The notes: a model not told the origin generated them from the letters alone. Numbered from the stretch's first letter, positions 10,277 to 20,976 are shown. The stretch is DNA of 45,590 nucleotides from a virus (IMGVR_UViG_3300037419_001442:1-45590), one strand, 5' to 3'. A program made the numbers and translations.

Positions 10277-11329
10277 CTACAATATAGGTAAAGTTGGAAT
10301 ATCATTATTTTTATATGAAACTCCAACTCCAGACATTAATTTCAAAGTGATGTTTGTTAAACTTCCATTTGACATATCTTTTGTGTATGTTACATCATCT
10401 ATCAATAAAGTTGCATAAAAACCAAGTTTATCTATTTCAACTCTAGCACATTTATTTTTAAAAATAGGGAATTTTGTATTTGTTGTTATTTTAACAGTTA
10501 AAGCATTTTTATTAATATTATAAAATTCTTGTTTTGCCTTCTTTTCAGCATCAGACGAATTTTCTATATCTGTTTCATTTGATATTTTTCTTTTATTTGT
10601 TTTAACATTTGGGTCAGAATATGAACCTTTAATATTTTTATTTTGTTCATAATCTCCTCCATAAATTATTACTTCCTTTCTTATATCATTACTTATTGTT
10701 ATTTCGCATTCTTTTATTTTAATACCTTTGGGATTTGTATTGCTAAATATATAACTAGGGCTGTTATTAGAATTTGGCTTAACACAATATAATGTTTTTT
10801 CATTAATTTCATAAATAATAATTAAATTTCTTTCTGCAGCTAAACGTTCAATAACGCTGTATTCTGATTCTCCTGGAGATACTGTAATTTTATCAAATTT
10901 AGTATTATCACTACAATAGCTTTTTATTCCATATTGACTTAAATATTTTGGAATTATTTTATTCATATAATCTCCTAATCCCATGGAATTATATGTTGCA
11001 GGTTCTGCATCATTATCTATTAATACTCCAACAATATCCCTTCCTGTCAATCTTATATCATTAGAACTTGTATTATATTGTAAATCTAAATCATCTATTA
11101 AGCCTTCAGCTGCTAAAATACCATTAAAATAAAATTCTATTCTATCTCCTGCTCCAACAATATTTGATGCTTGATTACTTGGATTTCCCGTAGTAATTTC
11201 AAATCCATCTGAAGCAATATCAATAGAACCTTCTAATTTATAAGATTTAACTGTATTTATTCTATACTGTCCGCCTGTTCTATTAGAGTATAGAATAATA
11301 TAATGTTCTGCATTAGTTTGAGTTGCCAT
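10277..11329 (-). CDS. Baseplate hub (Mu gp44/XkdQ-like)
   Basis: SDGFEI..GDRIE..GLIDD..LTGRD..LID, and PGESEYSVIERLA. Confidence 0.85.
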   Translation of the reverse strand: MATQTNAEHYIILYSNRTGGQYRINTVKSYKLEGSIDIASDGFEITTGNPSNQASNIVGAGDRIEFYFNGILAAEGLIDDLDLQYNTSSNDIRLTGRDIVGVLIDNDAEPATYNSMGLGDYMNKIIPKYLSQYGIKSYCSDNTKFDKITVSPGESEYSVIERLAAERNLIIIYEINEKTLYCVKPNSNNSPSYIFSNTNPKGIKIKECEITISNDIRKEVIIYGGDYEQNKNIKGSYSDPNVKTNKRKISNETDIENSSDAEKKAKQEFYNINKNALTVKITTNTKFPIFKNKCARVEIDKLGFYATLLIDDVTYTKDMSNGSLTNITLKLMSGVGVSYKNNDIPTLPIL

Positions 11330-11341
11330 ATTTTAACCACC

Positions 11342-11914
11342 TTATGGAATAATAAATTTTTGACCAGGATATATTAAATTGGGATTTTTTATTTGGGATT
11401 TATTAGCATCAGCAATAGTTGGCCATTTAGTACCTGTTCCATAATATTTTTTAGAAATGCCCCATAAAGTATCCCCTTTTACTACAGTATAATAATTTGC
11501 TCCAGCAGAGCTAGGAGTAGAAGCAGAAACAGTAGGTGCAATTATTTGTGTAATTAAATTCCAATCACTATGCTCAATAAATTCAAAGTCATATGCAACA
11601 AAATCTGGTGTAGGTTCTTCTTTTGATGTTAATTTTCTTATTCTTGCATTGAAAGAGCCATAGTTTGGATGAGTTAAAATTCTTACATCATTAAAATATG
11701 CCATAGTTGAAAGTTGAGAAAAGTTACTCCATGCAAGTGGACCATAAAAAGCCCCTTCACCAGAAAAAACCCTTGAACTTAATCCAAGGTTTTCTGTTTC
11801 TGATATATTTAAATCTGGGTAATCATGTGTTATAATTCTATTTTCATAACTCATAGTAAAAGTAGATGGATTATGGGGAAGAACCCAACCTCCAAAACTT
11901 AATATATTTCCCAT
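11342..11914 (-). CDS. Tail tube initiator with C-terminal LysM (XkdP/Mu gpN-like)
   Basis: HDYP..ENLG..R.F..G N-terminal domain and YTVVKGDTLWGISKKYYG..IYPGQKF LysM. Start moved to the TAATG overlap with the tape-measure stop. Confidence 0.85.
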   Translation of the reverse strand: MGNILSFGGWVLPHNPSTFTMSYENRIITHDYPDLNISETENLGLSSRVFSGEGAFYGPLAWSNFSQLSTMAYFNDVRILTHPNYGSFNARIRKLTSKEEPTPDFVAYDFEFIEHSDWNLITQIIAPTVSASTPSSAGANYYTVVKGDTLWGISKKYYGTGTKWPTIADANKSQIKNPNLIYPGQKFIIP

Positions 11915-14817
11915 TAATATGACCCCCATCCAATTCTTCTTTGGTTAATTGTATTTAATCTATTCATTGCTGCATTAGCTTTCATATCACCTTGAGGAGA
12001 ACCTCCTGTTGTTGTGAATCCTGTAGAACCAGAAGATTTAACTGTTAAGAATTCTTTAGGTATATTTCCAGAAACTACAACGCTTGGCGGTGCAACGTTT
12101 ACAGCAACCTGATTATTTAATTTAATATTTTGTAATTTAGTATTAGCAGTATTAAAACCACTAACAATAGCATTACTCATATTACCAGTTCCTTCTTTTA
12201 CTGTTGAAGTTATTTGATTATAATTTTTAACAAATTCTTTATAAGCTCCAGGGTCTTTATCTGCTTTACTTTTACCAAAGTTGTCAGAAGCTAGTTTTTC
12301 TAATTTACTAAATAATGCATTAGTTGTTTTACTATCTGCTAAAGTTGCACCAGAAGCAGCACTTGGTTTATCTTTTACAACTGTAGGAATAAAGAAGTTA
12401 GAATTTTTTGTAGGCTTTAATTCTGTAGAACCAGGAGCTTTAGGTCCTTTATATTTAGAAGGGTCTTTTAATATATTATACATTTCATCTATTTTTTTAT
12501 CTGTTTGTGGTGCTAATGGAGATTGAGATACAGCTTTTTGTATTGGATTTTTCTCAATCATTTGATTAGTTTCTTTTGGATGAGTTAATACATATGCAGA
12601 ACCTGCAGCTAATGCAATATTACTACCTAGTAATGCCCAAGGTCCAACTTTACTTGCAAAACTTTTCAATGCACTTTGTCCAGCACTTTCTGCAGCTCTT
12701 TCACCTTCTTGTGCTGCTGTTCTAGTTGCAGTACCACCACCAACTCCTGGCGTAGTGCCTCCACCTTTTCCATTAACAGTGGCTCCATAAACATTAACAA
12801 TATTAGCTTTAATATTCATATTACTACCTAATGCTTTAGCTACAGTACCTCCTACACCAGCAGGCCCTGCCTCTTTATCCATTAATGCCCCAAGAATAGC
12901 TTTACTTAAGTTTGCAGCAGTTTTACCAGTTTTTAATAAACCAGATACCCCTCTAATTCCTAATTCTATTGTTTTAATAATGACACCAGATACCATTAAA
13001 GCTATTCCGCCTTTAGTTACTGTTTCAATTAATTTTGCAGGGTCTTGTAAATCGGTCGGAAGATTTTTTACTGCATCATTAAATTCTTTATTTGCTTTAA
13101 AAAGGTCAGTTATAAATTTAATTCCATTTTTAACAATAGACATTGGAAAAGTTGCTATATTTGTTCCCCATTTACCATTAGTAATATCTTTAGTAAAAGC
13201 ATCCATAATTGGTTTAAACATTTGTGGCATTGTTTGACCAATTTGAATTCCTCCAATAGCCCCATTTCCTAGTGTATTAAGAGTAGAAGCAATTATTGGA
13301 TGGCCAGATTTTTCATAACCTTGTACAGTTTGGTCTAAAGCTTTTTTCATTTCTTTAAAAGGATTTGTTTGTTCATACATAGCAGCATCTAATGGCTGTC
13401 CTGGTCCTCTTGAAATTTGAGATGGATTAAATAAATTACTTAATTGTTCTGCACCAGTTTTAATTAAAGGAACTAAGCCATCTAATAATTTAATTTGTGC
13501 AGTTTGCCATGCATTACCTAAAACTTCCAATTGATATTTTCCAGATTCAGCAATAGTAGCATGTGTTTGGTCAACAGCACCATCTGAATTATGGACTTGA
13601 TTATACATTTGTTTTAATGCAGAAGCACCATAATATGTTTGACCTGTTGGATTACCATTAGCATCAACTGCATCATATTTAGTTTGTAAACCAGCAATAA
13701 TTGGAGCTGTACCTGCTGCTCCAAATACTCTAGAGATTAATGGCATTGCTTTCATTGAATCCCAAAAATCTGAAGGCGCTACACCATTATTTGCTGCCAA
13801 AAAATTCTCATAATCTGATTGTGATTTAATATTATATCTTGGATTAGTAAACCCTTGTTTAACCATTGCTTTTTCAATATCATCAATTAAATCTGGAAAT
13901 TCTTTTAATTTTCTTGTTACTGGGTCAAAAATAGCATCATTAATACCTAAATCTTGGAAGTATCCCATTGTTTTTTTATACAAAGTTGAATCATTACCAA
14001 TCCTAGAAACGTTTCTCATTGCATTCAAAAAATCTTGTGAACCTTGTGCTGCAGATACGCCTTGGTTTCTCATAGTCATTAAAGCAGTTAAAGATGAATC
14101 AAAAGATTGACCATACATATTAGCACGGCCTGCCAATTCACCAATAGCATGTGGTAATTCTTCAACATGCAATAATGATTGGTTTAAAGCAACAGTTAAC
14201 TTATCAGTAATCTGTTGGGAGTTTTTCATGCTCACTCCGAAACCCTTAGCGGCTGCTACTACCATTTCAGCAGCTTGGTCTGGAGCAGCGTCAACTGATT
14301 CAGCAAAATAAGAAACTGATTTCATTAAAGATTTCATATCTTGTGCTGTATTAATACCAGCCTGACCTAATACAATACCAATATCTGCAATATCAGTAGG
14401 CTTATATGCTGTTTTCATATCTGGACTATTAAGTACATAATTAGAAACATTTTGTCTTACAGCATTAGTTGTTCCCATACGAGATTGCATTGTTCTCATT
14501 TTATAATCATAATCTAATGCACTTTTAGTTCCTTGAACTGCAATAGCTCCTGCTGCTACTGCTCCAATAGCTGTTATATTTTGTAAGTTTCTTTGTAGTG
14601 AAGATGTATACATATTAAATTTATACATAGAGTTTGCTAAGCCATCCAGCTTAGTAATCGCACTATCCAAATTACGAGTAAAGGCACCCATAAAGGTGCC
14701 TGCACTATTTAATCCTCTTCCAATATTATTAAAAGAATTTTGGATATTACGTAATGCACTGGATGCCAAGTCCTTAACTCCAACAACTATATCTACCTTG
14801 TGGTTAGAACTGGCCAT
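11914..14817 (-). CDS. Tape measure protein
   Basis: Long Ala/Gly-rich helical protein with a TP901-like core (LGQAG, ITDKL..A.N.S). Follows the chaperone genes. Start moved to the ATG behind AGGTG. Confidence 0.92.
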   Translation of the reverse strand: MASSNHKVDIVVGVKDLASSALRNIQNSFNNIGRGLNSAGTFMGAFTRNLDSAITKLDGLANSMYKFNMYTSSLQRNLQNITAIGAVAAGAIAVQGTKSALDYDYKMRTMQSRMGTTNAVRQNVSNYVLNSPDMKTAYKPTDIADIGIVLGQAGINTAQDMKSLMKSVSYFAESVDAAPDQAAEMVVAAAKGFGVSMKNSQQITDKLTVALNQSLLHVEELPHAIGELAGRANMYGQSFDSSLTALMTMRNQGVSAAQGSQDFLNAMRNVSRIGNDSTLYKKTMGYFQDLGINDAIFDPVTRKLKEFPDLIDDIEKAMVKQGFTNPRYNIKSQSDYENFLAANNGVAPSDFWDSMKAMPLISRVFGAAGTAPIIAGLQTKYDAVDANGNPTGQTYYGASALKQMYNQVHNSDGAVDQTHATIAESGKYQLEVLGNAWQTAQIKLLDGLVPLIKTGAEQLSNLFNPSQISRGPGQPLDAAMYEQTNPFKEMKKALDQTVQGYEKSGHPIIASTLNTLGNGAIGGIQIGQTMPQMFKPIMDAFTKDITNGKWGTNIATFPMSIVKNGIKFITDLFKANKEFNDAVKNLPTDLQDPAKLIETVTKGGIALMVSGVIIKTIELGIRGVSGLLKTGKTAANLSKAILGALMDKEAGPAGVGGTVAKALGSNMNIKANIVNVYGATVNGKGGGTTPGVGGGTATRTAAQEGERAAESAGQSALKSFASKVGPWALLGSNIALAAGSAYVLTHPKETNQMIEKNPIQKAVSQSPLAPQTDKKIDEMYNILKDPSKYKGPKAPGSTELKPTKNSNFFIPTVVKDKPSAASGATLADSKTTNALFSKLEKLASDNFGKSKADKDPGAYKEFVKNYNQITSTVKEGTGNMSNAIVSGFNTANTKLQNIKLNNQVAVNVAPPSVVVSGNIPKEFLTVKSSGSTGFTTTGGSPQGDMKANAAMNRLNTINQRRIGWGSY

Positions 14818-14832
14818 TAATTTCACCTGCCA

Positions 14833-15506
14833 TTACATATATGTTTTTTTAAGTTTTTCAAACATTTCTTCATTAAAATTAGGATTAAGTGTTTCCTCAT
14901 TTACTAATTGAGTTCCACAATGGATACATCTATTATCATCCATATGTGTTTTACACTTTTTACAAGTCTTTTCCATTTTTTCTTCATCATCTACTGCCAT
15001 ATGAACCATTATCCAAATCCATTGGCCTTCTGTCATATTTTCTACGCTAGGGTCAGTAGGAAGTTTCTTAAAGCGATTAAGGACGGACCATTTAAATCGC
15101 TCAATTGGATTTTCCCTAGCGTTTTTTTTAGTTCGTCAAATGATTCTTGACTAACAGCACTTAAAAATGGGCTATTTTCACTTGTTAGTAAACTATATTC
15201 TACCATAAAATATTGAATTTCAGTATTATCTAAAGTAGAAAAAAACTCATCAAAAGAGTCAGCAAGATGTTTATTTAAATCGTCTTTATCTCTAAGTGAG
15301 CGATAAATAATTTGAGCTTGATGTACAATAGATTTATCATCTTCATCTTCAATATTTTTGCTTTTAATATAATCTTCAGCTTTAATAGAAGCATCAGTTA
15401 TCTCATTGGAAGGTAAGATAACCAATGCAACTTTTTCTTCCGTACCTGGAAAATTAACTAGTTTACTATTTTTCTTTCCTTGTTTTAATCTCTGTAAGGT
15501 ATTCAT
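14833..15506 (-). CDS. Tail assembly chaperone, -1 frameshift form (G-T type, about 224 aa)
   Basis: A8 run at 15122-15129 (CTA AAA AAA AC). The -1 frame is open from there (NARENPIERFKWSVLNRFKKLPTDPSVEN) into the 14833..15036 ORF. Confidence 0.85.
15042..15506 (-). CDS. Tail assembly chaperone (G type, 154 aa)
   Basis: Lies between tube and tape measure, with an AGAGGA RBS. Acidic helical protein containing the slippery LKK site. Confidence 0.85.
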   Translation of the reverse strand: MNTLQRLKQGKKNSKLVNFPGTEEKVALVILPSNEITDASIKAEDYIKSKNIEDEDDKSIVHQAQIIYRSLRDKDDLNKHLADSFDEFFSTLDNTEIQYFMVEYSLLTSENSPFLSAVSQESFDELKKTLGKIQLSDLNGPSLIALRNFLLTLA

Positions 15507-15525
15507 TATATATTCCTCCTATTAT

Positions 15526-15912
15526 TTAAATTTTATCTTCACGACGATGAGCGGCACGAATTGAAATATGTTCTGCGATAACATCATTAAGTGCTCCTTC
15601 CTCATCAATCTGAGTAATTGAGCAGCCAGTGTAAACAATACGACGGTCAGGTTTAACAATTACAAATTCAAAGTTATCAATATCATAGAAAGTAATTCCA
15701 TCTTGTAAAGCTGCTTGGTCAATATATGCTTTACTAATTTTTATTGTATATGCTTTTTTACCTGGAGTATAACCAACAGGGTCTATTTGACCGAAAGCAT
15801 CAATTTCTTTATCTTCTTTTGTATAAGAAGTATTGTAGCTTTGAACTACAGCAACTTTTCTGCCATCTACTTCAAAAAATACGTCTCTACTACTAGGGAA
15901 TGTTGCAGACAT
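15526..15912 (-). CDS. Tail tube protein
   Basis: 128-aa beta-rich protein directly after the sheath (IDAFG..P.GY.PG, YTGCSI..E). Confidence 0.85.
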   Translation of the reverse strand: MSATFPSSRDVFFEVDGRKVAVVQSYNTSYTKEDKEIDAFGQIDPVGYTPGKKAYTIKISKAYIDQAALQDGITFYDIDNFEFVIVKPDRRIVYTGCSITQIDEEGALNDVIAEHISIRAAHRREDKI

Positions 15913-15926
15913 TTTTTAACCTCCTA

Positions 15927-17012
15927 TTAGATAACTAAATATCCAGTTAAATTAATAATGTTAAGTGGACCAACTACATCATATTTAAAGTTAACATCGT
16001 TCACTAATGGATTAATTGGATTAATAACAATTTGAACATCAGTGCTAGTAACATTTTCAATATATTCCAAAGATTGGTAAGATAAAAGGCCAGTCATAAC
16101 TTCAGATTTAACTGCATCACGAGTACTTTGGCTTTGTTTTGCTCTTTGGAATTTAGAAGATAATCTATTCCTTAAATCTTTAAAAATATAGTCTGAAATT
16201 CTTACTGTTGTAACTTCTTGCCAAGTATAATCTACAGCACCAATATTATTTTTTGTATAAGTAGTAATACAGCGAACAATTCTAATAACTCCATTTAAAG
16301 TTTGGAGAGGAATAACTCCATTATCAATAAGAGATTCCATTTCAGTAATTTTAAGCTTTTTAGATAAGCCATGAAATCCTTTTATTTCTACACCAGTCAT
16401 TGGCATTGAAGGATTTTGTTCTGCAGCTAATTGTCCTGCAATTGCAGCAGCTGTATAGATTCCAGAAATTTCGTTTCCAAGAGAATCTAATGGATTAGGA
16501 TATGCCGCAAGTATTCTATTAGAATTTAAAGCATTTGCATTACTATTTGCAGTTGCATTATCTGTTCCAACAGCAAAACCAATTACTGCAGTACGTTCTT
16601 TTCTATCTGCTGAAGCATTATTTATACTATCTTTAAGAGTAGAAAAAATTGTAGGGTTTACAGAATCAATAATAACAATATCAATTGCTTCTTCTAATTC
16701 ACTAATAGCTAAAGCAGCAGCGTAATCTGGATTAGAAGAGTCACTATCATTAACTCGTACTACAATAAAATTAGTACCGCCATTTTCCATTGCTGTATCC
16801 ATAAGTGTTATAATATTTGAATCACTACCATATTTTTCTTTTGCATCGTCAAAAGAAAAAGGTGCATATGCTTTATTTGTTAATTTAATATTAGTATCAT
16901 CAGATGTACCAGAAGCAATAATGCCAATTACATATTGATTAGAGCTAATTGACTTTAAAGCTGCGCTAGCATCAACACTGGAATATACACCAGGAATCTT
17001 ATTGCTTGCCAT
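15927..17012 (-). CDS. Tail sheath protein
   Basis: PGVY N-terminus, AAAIAG, LIDNGVIPL, IRIVRCITT and VRISDY motifs. Confidence 0.93.
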   Translation of the reverse strand: MASNKIPGVYSSVDASAALKSISSNQYVIGIIASGTSDDTNIKLTNKAYAPFSFDDAKEKYGSDSNIITLMDTAMENGGTNFIVVRVNDSDSSNPDYAAALAISELEEAIDIVIIDSVNPTIFSTLKDSINNASADRKERTAVIGFAVGTDNATANSNANALNSNRILAAYPNPLDSLGNEISGIYTAAAIAGQLAAEQNPSMPMTGVEIKGFHGLSKKLKITEMESLIDNGVIPLQTLNGVIRIVRCITTYTKNNIGAVDYTWQEVTTVRISDYIFKDLRNRLSSKFQRAKQSQSTRDAVKSEVMTGLLSYQSLEYIENVTSTDVQIVINPINPLVNDVNFKYDVVGPLNIINLTGYLVI

Positions 17013-17022
17013 TTAATTCACC

Positions 17023-17610
17023 TCAATTATTATTTAAATTAATATCATTTGACATAAGGTCAAATATAGATTGATATTGTTGTAAAGCTCTAATTTTAAT
17101 TTCAAAGAAAGAATGGAAATCATATGAAACAATATTAGGAATTAGATTATTATTTTTAATATCAGTATAAAAATAATCCAATGTTCCCATATTATCTTTT
17201 TTAATAATTCCACTATCTGTATAACAATTTAATGGAATTCCATCTTCTCCTATTTTTAAAATATCGTCTAGGATAGAGCACCATTTATGGATTTCTCCTC
17301 TTGTATTAGAGTATACATTTAATTGAACCGTATACTCTAAAAAAACACCCTCAATTTCATAAAGCTTATTTTCATCTATATCCACTTTTTCACCTAAAAA
17401 ATTATTTAATGCAATAGATTTATTTTTTCTGTGAAGTAATTCTATTGACATAGCTGGCGAAATATAGGGCATGTGCTTATCCGAATAAGAAGAATAAACT
17501 GATACTGATTTATTATTGACAGTTTTACCTTCTATATTCTTGCTAAAATAATCAATTAAGGATATTAATACGTTATAATCCATAAACTCTATAATAGATT
17601 CTTTCATCAT
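17023..17610 (-). CDS. Tail terminator / tail completion protein (putative)
   Basis: Directly before the sheath. YTVQLNVYSNTRGE pattern. Confidence 0.6.
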   Translation of the reverse strand: MMKESIIEFMDYNVLISLIDYFSKNIEGKTVNNKSVSVYSSYSDKHMPYISPAMSIELLHRKNKSIALNNFLGEKVDIDENKLYEIEGVFLEYTVQLNVYSNTRGEIHKWCSILDDILKIGEDGIPLNCYTDSGIIKKDNMGTLDYFYTDIKNNNLIPNIVSYDFHSFFEIKIRALQQYQSIFDLMSNDINLNNN

Positions 17611-17617
17611 AAACCTC

Positions 17618-18082
17618 CTATATTAATCGCCCTATAGCTCTATCCATAATATCTGTAATATTATCTTCTTCATCTGCTAATGTTGTTCTCATATAACTAC
17701 GAGCAGGCACTTGTTTATAACCATATTCATGTACTGCAGCATAAGGATTATCAGAAAATATAGTTACTTCCATATCATTCATTTCTTTAGCAATACTATC
17801 TTTCAAATTACCAAATAAAATTAAAGGGTCATCTCCTCCAACAGCAACTTTTACTCTTTTTCCTCCACCTAAAGACCTTCTTTTATATTTAGCAATTACT
17901 GAAGCTCTTTTTAATTTAGGCCAAGAACTATGATAATGACCAAATCTGTCTTTTATTTTTTTCTCTAAATAATTACCAATTTCATTTAAACCCTGTAATG
18001 CAGTAGGTTTAATTCCAGTTGATAATTTTTGAAAATAGAATGCAACTTCTCTATCACCTATAACTTTTACTTCAAACTGCAT
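17618..18082 (-). CDS. Virion morphogenesis / neck protein (Mu gpG, HK97 gp10-like)
   Basis: WPKLK, L..FGNLKDSI and YAAVHEYG..PARSYM motifs. Confidence 0.85.
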   Translation of the reverse strand: MQFEVKVIGDREVAFYFQKLSTGIKPTALQGLNEIGNYLEKKIKDRFGHYHSSWPKLKRASVIAKYKRRSLGGGKRVKVAVGGDDPLILFGNLKDSIAKEMNDMEVTIFSDNPYAAVHEYGYKQVPARSYMRTTLADEEDNITDIMDRAIGRLI

Positions 18083-18479
18083 TATTTATCACCGGCCTTA
18101 AGCCAATCTCGACTTCTCCAATAAATTCACGATAGTATATAACTTCATACACTTTATTATTATCTAGCCTTTCAACTATATAATTAGTAATATCATCTAA
18201 TACTAATCCAAGATTATCATTTATTTTGCATTTATAATCATGAATTCCCAATGTACCAATTTCTTTCCAATCTTCACTTTGTTTGAATGCATCTATTTCC
18301 CCTTTAGTTTCAATAACTATTTCCCATTCTTTAGGCCCATACCATTCTCTCAATAATTTATTGTAATTAGGTTGTTGGTCTAATGGTAATAATCTTTTAA
18401 TTTGAATATCTGTGCCTAATATTCCTAAATTAATATCATGTATTTTTTTTATAATTCTATCATAATTTTTCTTTTTCAA
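18072..18479 (-). CDS. Head closure / stopper protein (putative)
   Basis: Size and position in the neck cluster, with overlapping start and stop codons. Confidence 0.55.
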   Translation of the reverse strand: MKKKNYDRIIKKIHDINLGILGTDIQIKRLLPLDQQPNYNKLLREWYGPKEWEIVIETKGEIDAFKQSEDWKEIGTLGIHDYKCKINDNLGLVLDDITNYIVERLDNNKVYEVIYYREFIGEVEIGLRPVINNAV

Positions 18480-19111
18480 TGTCTATCACCATCCGGAGAT
18501 TCTCCAAGCGGAGGATATGGAAGACAATAGTCTAAATTTTCCATTAAATTGTTAGCTCTCTTACCATACGCTTTAATAAATTTCTTCTTGAAAGCACTTT
18601 CTGCTTGTTTAAATAGCTTTAAATATTTATCAGATATTAAACTTTCATCAACAATTTTTTCTCCAGTACTAAATTTAATAAGTTCTGCTGTTTTAGAAGC
18701 CATTAATTTATAACATAATCCTTCAGCATATAAAAAGTATAAATCAACTTCTCTTTCGTCAATCTCTTCTGGCTTAAAATACCGATTATATGTTATTTTC
18801 AGAGTCCCAGAATCAACATTAGGTAAATCTTCTAAAATAACTTGAGTTAAATTATCAATGAAATTTAATTTTAAATTTTGTTCTTTTAATACAATTGACT
18901 TAACCTTAATTGAATCTGCAGGAATATCATAATATTCTTCTCCAACAATAAATGGAGTTTCAAATGTTTTAATAATATTTTTTAATCTGCTATAAACTGC
19001 TGCAGAATTATTTAAAATTGTTCTAAGCTCAGAATCTGTAATATTAGGGTCATCTAAATCATTATCACCTATTAGATTTCTAAGCTCCCTAATTAATTCT
19101 TGGATTAACAT
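18476..19111 (-). CDS. Head-tail adaptor (putative)
   Basis: LRNLIGD..ITDSEL N-terminus typical of adaptors. GAGGTG RBS. Confidence 0.65.
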   Translation of the reverse strand: MLIQELIRELRNLIGDNDLDDPNITDSELRTILNNSAAVYSRLKNIIKTFETPFIVGEEYYDIPADSIKVKSIVLKEQNLKLNFIDNLTQVILEDLPNVDSGTLKITYNRYFKPEEIDEREVDLYFLYAEGLCYKLMASKTAELIKFSTGEKIVDESLISDKYLKLFKQAESAFKKKFIKAYGKRANNLMENLDYCLPYPPLGESPDGDRH

Positions 19112-19125
19112 TTAATCACCTCATT

Positions 19126-19156
19126 AAAAAAGTCCTGTATATATAATATACAGAAC
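19126..19156 (-). terminator. Terminator/attenuator before the neck genes
   Basis: Minus strand GTTCTGTATA-TTATA-TATACAGGAC-TTTTTT. Confidence 0.65.
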
Positions 19157-19170
19157 ATTATCTTTTATCC

Positions 19171-19389
19171 TTATTTACTTGATGGTTTTTTTGTTTCCTT
19201 TTTTTCAACAACTACTTCTTTAACTTCCGGTTTTACTTGTTTAACTTTCTGAAATAAATCCTTTCTTCCTACAATAACTTTATTGTTAATAACTAATTCA
19301 TCACCATATTTTTCAACTTGTTGTCCATTTCCAAGAATATATGGCATATTACCTAAATAAATTGCTTTATCTCCTTTATTTAATTCCAT
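19171..19389 (-). CDS. Small Lys-rich virion-associated protein
   Basis: 72 aa, directly after the capsid gene, with an AGGGGG RBS. Confidence 0.7.
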   Translation of the reverse strand: MELNKGDKAIYLGNMPYILGNGQQVEKYGDELVINNKVIVGRKDLFQKVKQVKPEVKEVVVEKKETKKPSSK

Positions 19390-19404
19390 AATTTACCCCC
19401 TAAT

Positions 19405-19433
19405 AAAAAAGGAGCAGTTAATTCTGCTCCTTT
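19405..19433 (-). terminator. Terminator after major capsid gene
   Basis: AAAGGAGCAG-N6-CTGCTCCTTT stem with a U run on the minus strand. Confidence 0.85.
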
Positions 19434-19451
19434 ATTTCATTTATTAATTAA

Positions 19452-20387
19452 TTAAGCAGTAAGATGAAGAGTTGCTAATGCTTCACCAACAGTGATTTTC
19501 ATTGCTGCACGTTGACGAACTACGTAAGTCTCTTTATCATAGTTAGGGTCGTAAACTGGACCACGGAACATAGTTGGTACATAAACTTTATAAACTCCGA
19601 AAGTCATTTTCTTACCAATTACTGCTGTATTAACAGGCATGTTATTAGATTCAAAAACATCTAATCCACGAATCTTGCCAAGGAAACCAGTTTGTTGTAA
19701 TTGGTCAGAACCATATAGGTTAGCATGAACGAAGTCATCAGTTTTAGCAAGGTAACCAAAAACATCTGGGCTTACTAGTAAGAAGTCAGGGCGGTAGTTT
19801 TTCTTCTTAACGTTTTGAATAGAATCAACAACGCCTTCAACGATAGCAGCGCCATAATCTTTAGCAGATAAAGTGCCTTTAGAAACATCAACATTACCAG
19901 CAGCTGCTCCATTAACCATTAGATTCATAAGAGATGCATCAATTTCACGAGCAATATCTTTAGCAAGGTTAGCAATAGCTCGAGCTACGATATTAAGGTT
20001 TCCAGCATTTTGAGCATCTTCAATTGCTTCTGCAGTAAGAACTGATTTTAATTTGTAACCAACAGCTTCAATTGTTACTGAGCTGTAAGAAGTTCTACCT
20101 TGGTGAATTTGTCCGCCTTCATCAACTTCAGTAGTTGTAACACCTGCTTCACGGTCATAAATTTCAACTGGAGTTTTTTCAACTGGGCCAGACATTGTTC
20201 CTACTTCATAGAAATTAGTAGCAATCATATCAGCATATACTTTTTGGATAAGTGCACCAGTAAATTTAGGTTGATTTAATGCTAATGTAGCATCTGTATA
20301 TTGGTCAGTAGAAGCATCTTCTTGAATGCCAACTGATTTAAGGCTCTCATAATGTTCTAAAAGTTCTTTAGCAAATTCTTTAGTCAT
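19452..20387 (-). CDS. Major capsid protein
   Basis: 311 aa with V.EGG.I, AIEDA, IAREID, LLVSP and GKIRGLDVFESNN motifs (HK97 fold). Strong AGGAGG RBS and a downstream terminator. Confidence 0.92.
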   Translation of the reverse strand: MTKEFAKELLEHYESLKSVGIQEDASTDQYTDATLALNQPKFTGALIQKVYADMIATNFYEVGTMSGPVEKTPVEIYDREAGVTTTEVDEGGQIHQGRTSYSSVTIEAVGYKLKSVLTAEAIEDAQNAGNLNIVARAIANLAKDIAREIDASLMNLMVNGAAAGNVDVSKGTLSAKDYGAAIVEGVVDSIQNVKKKNYRPDFLLVSPDVFGYLAKTDDFVHANLYGSDQLQQTGFLGKIRGLDVFESNNMPVNTAVIGKKMTFGVYKVYVPTMFRGPVYDPNYDKETYVVRQRAAMKITVGEALATLHLTA

Positions 20388-20418
20388 ATCTATTTATTCC
20401 TCCTATTATTCAAAAAAA

Positions 20419-20976
20419 TTAATATTTCATTACCAAGTCCATAAAGTCTTGGTCATCTTTCTTATTTTTTTCACTAGAATGACCTTTACCGGAAATATCA
20501 ACACCAGTAGATTCTTTAATAACCATATTTAAGAATTCTACTTTTTCAGCAATTTTAGCATCAATTTCTTCAATTGATTCTAAAGTAGAAACTTCTTCTT
20601 TAATTTTAGCTTTTACAGAATCAGCAAATTTAAGTTCAGTAACTTTTTCTGCAATATGCTTTTCACGTTTTGCTTTTTCTTCAGCTAATTTAGCAGCCTC
20701 TTCAGCTTCTTTGATTTCTTGTAATTGTTTTTGAGCTTCTTTTAATTCTGCTTCCTTAGCATCAAAAGATTCTTTAAGCTCTTTATGTGTTTTTTCTGAT
20801 TCATCAAGTTTGCCCTGAAGTTCAGTTTTATCACTAGTAAGATTATCTACAGATTCTTGTAATTCATTCACCTTAAGCTCTGATTCAAATACTGGCTTAA
20901 ATTCAACTTTAAGGGATTCTACTAAATCCTTTCTATTTGCTTTAAGCTCTTCTAAAGTAATTTTTGAATAATCCAT
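20419..20976 (-). CDS. Scaffold protein from an in-frame internal start (185 aa, MDYSKITLEELK)
   Basis: AGAGGAGG-ACAAA-ATG lies inside the protease gene at the domain boundary. Confidence 0.7.
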   Translation of the reverse strand: MDYSKITLEELKANRKDLVESLKVEFKPVFESELKVNELQESVDNLTSDKTELQGKLDESEKTHKELKESFDAKEAELKEAQKQLQEIKEAEEAAKLAEEKAKREKHIAEKVTELKFADSVKAKIKEEVSTLESIEEIDAKIAEKVEFLNMVIKESTGVDISGKGHSSEKNKKDDQDFMDLVMKY

